Below, in pieces: positions 44,526 to 50,485 of a DNA stretch of 50,485 nucleotides. The first letter of the stretch is position 1. Each line of letters begins with the position of its first letter. The stretch is from a virus (lineage: Duplodnaviria; Caudoviricetes): positions 1 to 50,485 of IMG/VR virus record IMGVR_UViG_3300037518_000427, one strand, 5' to 3'. The notes below the pieces were generated by a model. It saw only the letters and a program-made list of their open reading frames with translations, did no database searches and was not told the DNA's origin. The position numbers and the translations under genes are program-made.

Positions 44526-46889
44526 ATGATCTTGGACCCACGCACGCCGCCCACCTGGACCTTCGTCCTGCTGAATGGCAAGGTCCCGATCGTCAAATCC
44601 TGGCAGACCGGTGACGGCGCCTCTCGTGATGCCATCGAGCATCACAAAGGCAACATCGGCCTGCGCACCGGCACTCTCTCGGGCGTCACGGTCATCGACA
44701 TCGATACCGCCAAAGGCGGCACGTTGCCCGAACTGCCAGACACCGTCACGGTCCGCACCGGATCGGGTGGCCTCCACCTCTACTACCTGCCGCCACCAAC
44801 ACCCATCGGCAACTCAGCCTCCAAACTGGCTCCTCATGTCGACGTGCGCGGCAACAAAGGACAGGTCGTCTACCCAGGCTCGATCCACCCGGACACCGGC
44901 ACACCGTACACGTGGCTCGACGGTCACGCGCCTTGGGACCTCCCGCTCGCACCGTTCCCGGAATGGGCGCTGGAACGTCTCACGGCACGCAACGGCACCA
45001 CGCCCGCACCACCCGCTCAGTTACCGTCCCGGTATGCGCAGGTAGCTTTGGACAACGGTGTCCAAGCGATCCGCTCCGCTTCCGAAGGCTCTCGTAACGA
45101 GACCCTCAACCGTGTGAGTTTCGGCATCGCCCAACTCGCGACGGGCTTCCCGGACGAGCGGTCTGCTCAGGACGCTCTGCGCCAAGCCGCACTCGAGAGT
45201 GGGCTCCCAGAACAGGAGGTCACCGCCACGATCGCTTCGGGCTGGGCTGCTGGACTCCAACACCCGACACACCCGGAGGATCTGGTCCCGTTCACTGGCC
45301 AGCGGTCGCGCACACGGCAGGCAACCGCCGTGCCCCGTCAGCACTCCAAGTCACAGCCATCCACGCCAGGTGACCCGTCCCACACCGTGCTCATCCCGGG
45401 TGAGCACACCGAAGCGTCCGGTGAGATCATCGAGCAAGGCAACCACATCTTCGCCGAGCAGGTCCTCGATGCCATCCCGGGCGGCGTCCTCTACCGTTGG
45501 GAGCGTATCGTGGGGGAGCTTGTCGGTACCCGCGGACACCTCACCTTCCGCCAGCTGGATGCCGACCGTGCCTGTCTGCTTATCGACCGGCACATCAAGC
45601 TCGCCAAGTGGCGCCAACCCAAAGACAGCGAACCCGTCAAAATCTTCTGCGCCTGCACGACCTTCCAAGCGAAGCTGGTCCTGGCGGCAGCAACGACAGC
45701 CAAGCGGGTCCGCGAGCTCCGCATGGTCACCCACTACCCAGTCTACGCGGGCCCCAACTGGGAACTGTCGCGCCCCGGCTGGAACCAAAGCACCGGCGTC
45801 TTCTACGACGAGCCCAAAGACCTCCGCAATCTGACCGCCGCAGCCGATCCAGACATCAGCACGCTCGAGGACCTCGTCATCGACTTCCCCTTCCGTGACG
45901 AAGCGTCCCGCATCAACCTCTACGGTCTCATGCTCACGCCGCTCATCCGGGCCGCCGTGTCGACCGTCCCGATCCACCTTATCCAGTCCTCAATCGAGCG
46001 CACCGGCAAGGGCCTCATGGTCAACTCCATCCTGGGTGCCGCGGTGACCGGCTCCACGATCCCATCGGTCCAGCTCGGTGAACGCGAAGAAGAACGCGAA
46101 AAACGCTTCACCTCCCTCATCCTCGAAGGCGAAACCGTCATCCACCTGGACAACCTCCCAGGCACCAGCATCCTGGACTCCCCCTCGCTGGCCTCGATCC
46201 TCACGTCCTCGGTGTGGAAGGGCCGGACGCTCGGTGCATCCTCCATGCCCAGCCTGCCCAACACCCTCACTCTGGTAGCCAGTGCGAACAACCTGCGCAC
46301 CTCCTCCGAAATCGCCAAACGTATCGTACCAATATGGTTAGAGCCACCAACCGACAATCCAGAAGCCAGAACCAACTTCGTCCACCCAGACATCTTCACC
46401 TTCGCCAACTCTCAGCGCCGAGTCGTCCTCTCCACCCTCCTCGGCCTCATCGCCAATTGGATCGACATAGGTCGCCCCAGCAGCCCCGTCCGCTTCGGCG
46501 GCTTCGAACAATGGGCCACCGCCATCGGCGGAATCCTTGGCACCCACATCTCAACCGCCGGGTGGCTCAGCAACCGCTCCGAATGGGCCACCGACGCCGA
46601 TGAGTTCTCCCAGGACGCCAGATCACTGGTCGAGGCATGGTGGAACACCTACCAGGAACAACTCGTCCGCCCTGCCCAAATCCTGGACCTCTGCCGCGAG
46701 GTCGGCGTCTTCAATACCGTCTTCGCCCGAACACACCCCGCCGGCCAACTCATCTCCCTCGGCCGGTACGTCCTTTCACCTCTCACCAACCGTCCCGTCT
46801 CCAATTTCAGGATCCGTAAATCAAGAGTCAAAATGGCCGCCCTCTACTACTTAGCCCAAAACCTAGAGACCGACACCACGGCCAATTAG
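44526..46889 (+). CDS. Bifunctional primase-polymerase fused to P-loop helicase-like domain
   Basis: NIGLRTG..VIDID, TGSGGLHLYY, DVRG..PGS.HP, EG.RN..L, RTGKG, LDN, SANN. Confidence 0.9.
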   Translation: MILDPRTPPTWTFVLLNGKVPIVKSWQTGDGASRDAIEHHKGNIGLRTGTLSGVTVIDIDTAKGGTLPELPDTVTVRTGSGGLHLYYLPPPTPIGNSASKLAPHVDVRGNKGQVVYPGSIHPDTGTPYTWLDGHAPWDLPLAPFPEWALERLTARNGTTPAPPAQLPSRYAQVALDNGVQAIRSASEGSRNETLNRVSFGIAQLATGFPDERSAQDALRQAALESGLPEQEVTATIASGWAAGLQHPTHPEDLVPFTGQRSRTRQATAVPRQHSKSQPSTPGDPSHTVLIPGEHTEASGEIIEQGNHIFAEQVLDAIPGGVLYRWERIVGELVGTRGHLTFRQLDADRACLLIDRHIKLAKWRQPKDSEPVKIFCACTTFQAKLVLAAATTAKRVRELRMVTHYPVYAGPNWELSRPGWNQSTGVFYDEPKDLRNLTAAADPDISTLEDLVIDFPFRDEASRINLYGLMLTPLIRAAVSTVPIHLIQSSIERTGKGLMVNSILGAAVTGSTIPSVQLGEREEEREKRFTSLILEGETVIHLDNLPGTSILDSPSLASILTSSVWKGRTLGASSMPSLPNTLTLVASANNLRTSSEIAKRIVPIWLEPPTDNPEARTNFVHPDIFTFANSQRRVVLSTLLGLIANWIDIGRPSSPVRFGGFEQWATAIGGILGTHISTAGWLSNRSEWATDADEFSQDARSLVEAWWNTYQEQLVRPAQILDLCREVGVFNTVFARTHPAGQLISLGRYVLSPLTNRPVSNFRIRKSRVKMAALYYLAQNLETDTTAN

Positions 46890-47140
46890 GGGTATACCCT
46901 TTTACCATGATTACCATCATTACCATGCTCGTAAGTCATTGGAAACAAACACCAATATGGTAATGATGGTAATGATGGTAGTCTGTGGTGCAATACATGC
47001 GCATGCGCAGGCGCGCGCGCACGCGCACGCACGCGTGTGCAGGGGGGTGGGTTTCACTCCCATAACTACCATCATTACCATGGAGGCATAGCTAAGTATA
47101 GCAATACCACTAACCTATGGAGCATGGTAATGGAAATGGG
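46890..47140. other. Putative replication origin with inverted iteron arrays
   Basis: TTACCAT x3 (46902, 46911, 46920) facing ATGGTA x3 (46957, 46966, 46975); degenerate second pair 47059-47140; AT-rich; follows primase. Confidence 0.65.
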
Positions 47141-47376
47141 TGGTTAGATATAGAGGACAGCGTTGGTAGAGTGGAAGAGAGTATCCCAGACACAGTGTAC
47201 AGAATACGGCATGTAGAACGATATGTGAGTAAGTGGACAAAGATTCGGGCGAAATGGCCAAAAAAATTGGGGGAGGGGGCAAAGGGCCCCTCTTGTAACT
47301 CTTTCAAACGCCGTACGTTTTTCTGGTATTCGTTTCTGGAATAACATCGGCCGCCGAGGGCCGATCGGCCGGCGCG

Positions 47377-47425
<49 letters not shown>

Positions 47426-47531
47426 CCCGAGCTGTCCCGAGGGTCCCGAGCTGACCCCCGCTCCCGATGTCCGCCCCGGACCCGGTGACCCCTCCGGCGC
47501 CTACCATGCTTGGCACGCTTCCAGCCATGAA

Positions 47532-47546
47532 GCAAGCCCCGTGCCA
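47532..47546 (-). promoter_or_regulatory. sigma54-like promoter TGGCAC-N5-TTGC
   Basis: Reverse strand reads TGGCACGGGGCTTGC, an exact -24/-12 consensus. Confidence 0.55.
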
Positions 47547-47768
47547 TCCAAGCCACAGTCAACAAGCGTGCCACACAAGCCCAGCCGCCGCACTGATCCC
47601 GACCACGTACTACGAAAGAAAAGTGAGGTACTTGTGCGATTCTCGTTGACGGGCGCCGATACCATAGGGTACTCTGTCCATGGGTCGGCGAACCCGATCC
47701 GAGACCTGCTCTTTGACAATCCAGCCCCACCCGCCCAGGAAAGCGGCAGTGTCGCCTTTTGTTTACAC

Positions 47769-47786
47769 TGTTGCCTTAAGGCAACA
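47769..47786. promoter_or_regulatory. Perfect 18-bp palindrome TGTTGCCTTAAGGCAACA (operator-like)
   Basis: Self-complementary, in non-coding control region. Confidence 0.55.
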
Positions 47787-48167
47787 CTTTGCATGCCGGG
47801 CCTGGGTAGTGGTCCACGTTGCGCGCCGATCCCGAGCGTTTTCCGCCATGAAAGGATGCGGTTCCCCGTAGCGTGGTCTAGTTGATGCGCCATGAGTGGC
47901 GCGTGGTGAGGTTCGAGTGAGCGTATCGCTGCCGCGGGGCACTGTGCGCCTAGCGTTGCGGGTGTCCATGTAGTGGCATCCCAGCTGGTCTAGGTTTGTT
48001 GAATGCGCGCGCCTGCAGTGTGGTGGTGGTACGTGAGCACTGGCGACACCCGACCAGTGCACCGATGACGTAGGGTTCCCTGAGGTTTGCGGGGCCCTAC
48101 GTAAGGACGCGCCTATGGCCGATGGTCGGCCAGGGTGTTGCGTTCAAACGCGCGCGCGTGGTGGTGC

Positions 48168-48182
48168 TGGCACGGCCGGTGC
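48168..48182 (+). promoter_or_regulatory. sigma54-like promoter TGGCACGGCCGGTGC
   Basis: GG-N10-GC spacing, 30 nt before ATG 48213. Confidence 0.45.
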
Positions 48183-48212
48183 CCCGCGTGATAGGGAAAG
48201 GCAAGGCAAACC

Positions 48213-48608
48213 ATGAAGGCGACAGAGAAGCGTGTATCGTGGTCGGTTCTGAACGTGGAAGACGATACCCAGCGGGTGGACTTCCTAGCGTACCCGAGCG
48301 GTGCCAAGGATGCGAACGGAGCGTGGAAGTCGTACGTCACGCACCGGGACGGTGACATCCGGTCAACGGGAATGCACGTGACGCACGACTCCAAGACGGT
48401 AGCGGAAGCGTACGCTCGTGAGCTGCTCTCGACGATGATCGGGGACGGTTGGGCGGAACGTGCGGGCAAGGGTGCCGATGCGTTTACGACGTTGCCGGTT
48501 CGGCGCAAGGCGGCGGCTGGTGGTGCTGCTGGTGCCCCGGCTGCTGGTGCCGGTGAGACCACCATCGGCGAGAATGGCAAGCTCAAGGCGCAGCTGGTGA
48601 CCCGGTAG
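48213..48608 (+). CDS. Hypothetical early protein
   Basis: Shared leader motif; followed by terminator. Confidence 0.75.
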   Translation: MKATEKRVSWSVLNVEDDTQRVDFLAYPSGAKDANGAWKSYVTHRDGDIRSTGMHVTHDSKTVAEAYARELLSTMIGDGWAERAGKGADAFTTLPVRRKAAAGGAAGAPAAGAGETTIGENGKLKAQLVTR

Positions 48609-48623
48609 CGTCGGGACAGTCGG

Positions 48624-48670
48624 ACCCCCGGATAGGTGGAGCGTAAAGCTCGCCGGTCCGGGGGTTTTTT
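48624..48670 (+). terminator. Rho-independent terminator
   Basis: ACCCCCGGA...TCCGGGGGT stem with inner GAGC/GCTC, then T tract. Confidence 0.75.
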
Positions 48671-48706
48671 CAGTCGCCGCGTATGGCGATGAGAAAGGCA
48701 AAGGCA

Positions 48707-48877
48707 ATGAATAACAATAGGTTGGCCGTTTTGGACGGCCGGATGAGCAAGCTGGAATCAATGAAGTTCGAGGCGTGGTTGCAGCTGCGCGAGATCGACG
48801 CGAAGCGGTGGAACGCGGGGATTGAGCGGAGGGTGGCGATAGCGCGGCGGCGGCAAGAGCGGTTGGCGGTGCGGTGA
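48707..48877 (+). CDS. Small helical hypothetical protein
   Basis: Shared leader motif before ATG. Confidence 0.6.
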   Translation: MNNNRLAVLDGRMSKLESMKFEAWLQLREIDAKRWNAGIERRVAIARRRQERLAVR

Positions 48878-48990
48878 GTGTGCGAGCGGGGCCCGTGGAT
48901 GGGCCCTGCTACCGGCAGGCCCGCCTGGAGCGGAGATAACGCTTTGCGGGACAATGACATCCCTGGAGCAATAACAAAGGACAAGGCAAC

Positions 48991-49473
48991 ATGAAAGCAA
49001 TAACAGTAGTGAAGCTGCGGCATGGCCGGCGGATCACGGGATGGGCCGCGCAGCTGGGAACGGTGATCGGGCGTGGGGAGACGCGGGCGGAAGCGCTGGC
49101 GGATCTCGAGCGGGAGGTGGTGGGGTTGACTCAGAGGGTTGACCGGGGGATGACGCGTGGGGAGTGGCACGGGTACGCATGGCAGGTGGTGCCGAGGGTG
49201 ACGGCGTGGGCGTACGAGTGGTGCGACGGTGGGCGCTGGGTGTACCCGGTGGGCCCGTACGAGACGCGGGAGGATGCCGAGGAGGCGGTGCTCCACCATC
49301 TGGCGCAGCTGGCATGGGCGCCTGTGATGGATGATGAGACGTACACGGACGGGTTGCCGCTGGGGATCCGTGGGGACGTGCGGCATTGGATCCGCTGGCA
49401 GCGGTCGTATGCGTCGCTGCGGGCCGAGGGGAAGACGGAGACCGAGGCGCACCGGATGGCATCTGGTTGGTAA
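48991..49473 (+). CDS. Hypothetical protein with HicB-N-like GxGETxxEAL motif
   Basis: GRGETRAEALADL, echoed by GPYETREDAE; shared leader motif. Confidence 0.65.
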   Translation: MKAITVVKLRHGRRITGWAAQLGTVIGRGETRAEALADLEREVVGLTQRVDRGMTRGEWHGYAWQVVPRVTAWAYEWCDGGRWVYPVGPYETREDAEEAVLHHLAQLAWAPVMDDETYTDGLPLGIRGDVRHWIRWQRSYASLRAEGKTETEAHRMASGW

Positions 49474-49590
49474 GCGCAGAGTGACGCGGGGTCAGGAGGG
49501 CCCCGTGGAAATGCGGCGAGCCGGTCACAAGCCCGGCTAAGCGTGGGGTGGCAATGGGGCTGCCCCGGACAATGAAAGGCAAGGCAAGCC

Positions 49591-49821
49591 ATGAGGTTCG
49601 AGGTTGAATTGAGCCTGTCGCGGATGACCTACGGCGGCAGGTTGCGCACGGTGTACGGGAAGGTGCGAGTGGGGCGGCGGACGTGGTGGATCCAGCGATG
49701 GGATCCCGAGCGGGACAATAAAACTCGGTTCGTGGATCGCTGGGGCGGTTCGTGGTCCTGGGGGTTGCACGTGCTGGGGTTGGTGCCGGTGCCGGCGGTG
49801 GATCGGCGGGTGGCATCATGA
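49591..49821 (+). CDS. Hypothetical Trp/Arg-rich protein
   Basis: Shared leader motif; ATGA overlap with next gene. Confidence 0.6.
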   Translation: MRFEVELSLSRMTYGGRLRTVYGKVRVGRRTWWIQRWDPERDNKTRFVDRWGGSWSWGLHVLGLVPVPAVDRRVAS

Positions 49822-50318
49822 GGCGGCGGCCGACGGGCAAGCCGTCGTTGAAAGACCGCAGGAAGGAAGCGGTGCGGCGGATGGCGGAGCTGACCGAGGC
49901 GGAGCGGGAGGTGTTGACGGGTGGGGAGGTGCGGAGGATCAACGGTGGGGAGCCGTATTCGGTGCGGAACCAGATGTTGATCCTGATGCAGCTTCCGACC
50001 GCGACGGTGTGTGGTGGCTTCTGGGACTGGCAGAAGGTGGGGCGGAGCGTGAGGAAGGGCGAGAGTGCGCTTGCGATCAGCGGACCGCCGTTGCAGCCGC
50101 GCCGTGGGACGGATGAGGTTGAGGAGGATGATGACAGGCACGGTGGCTTCTGTCCGGCTGTGGCGACGTTCGATATCAGCCAGACGGAGCCGGTGACGGT
50201 GCGTGAAGCGCTGCGGGACCTTGGCGTGCCGGCGGAGGCGGACGTGGTGGAGGACGAGGTGTTGCAGCTGACGGCGGAGGCGCAGGGGTTCACGGTGGGA
50301 GGATGGTACGGATGTTGA
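49818..50318 (+). CDS. ArdC N-terminal-like ssDNA-binding (antirestriction-associated) protein
   Basis: YS.RN.MLI..Q...AT..GF..W...GR.VRKGE.A..I..P..F...FDISQT. Confidence 0.8.
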   Translation: MRRRPTGKPSLKDRRKEAVRRMAELTEAEREVLTGGEVRRINGGEPYSVRNQMLILMQLPTATVCGGFWDWQKVGRSVRKGESALAISGPPLQPRRGTDEVEEDDDRHGGFCPAVATFDISQTEPVTVREALRDLGVPAEADVVEDEVLQLTAEAQGFTVGGWYGC

Positions 50319-50389
50319 CAATCGCGGTTCTGCTCGTGCTGGGCCTGGTCATCTGGGCCGTGGTCCGGTTTCGGTTGGTGCGGATGTAG
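50312..50389 (+). CDS. 25-aa single-TM peptide
   Basis: MLTIAVLLVLGLVIWAVVRFRLVRM with upstream GGAGG. Confidence 0.35.
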   Translation: MLTIAVLLVLGLVIWAVVRFRLVRM

Positions 50390-50485
50390 GCTGGTGCGCG
50401 TGGCTGGCATTGGGCTGGCCACGCGATGGTGCCTGCGGTGGGCTGAATGACGGGGAGGGGCGGGCGCTGCGGCGCCCGGTACGGC

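Overview
The window is a GC-rich, apparently near-complete tailed-phage (siphovirus-type) genome. No integrase, repressor, DNA polymerase, tRNA or CRISPR array was recognised. A long minus-strand late operon (~41.9 kb to 4.7 kb) runs in this order: terminase, portal, a fibre-like module, protease/scaffold, decoration protein, major capsid, an ~8.7 kb glycosyltransferase/methyltransferase/radical-SAM cluster, neck, tail tube, frameshifted chaperones, tape measure, GTA-like tail tip (DUF2460/DUF2163/NlpC-P60/large tip/DUF2793), lysis genes, a beta-helix protein and a permuted NlpC/P60. Plus-strand genes encode an SF2 helicase, VRR-NUC, primase-polymerase, ArdC-like and other early proteins, and an ASCH-like/SpoU/RlaP-like RNA-acting group. 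Main highlights: (1) a 362-aa intein splits the radical-SAM CxxxCxxC motif and encodes its putative homing endonuclease in a different, overlapping reading frame; (2) a probable virion-glycosylation cluster follows the capsid gene; (3) a chromosomal-type parS core lies between terminase and portal with no phage ParB; (4) an origin-like region has inverted iterons, (GGGGTC)8, sigma54-like boxes and a GC-skew flip; (5) there are two diverged paralogs of virion proteins. All calls come from reading motifs by eye; no database search was run.
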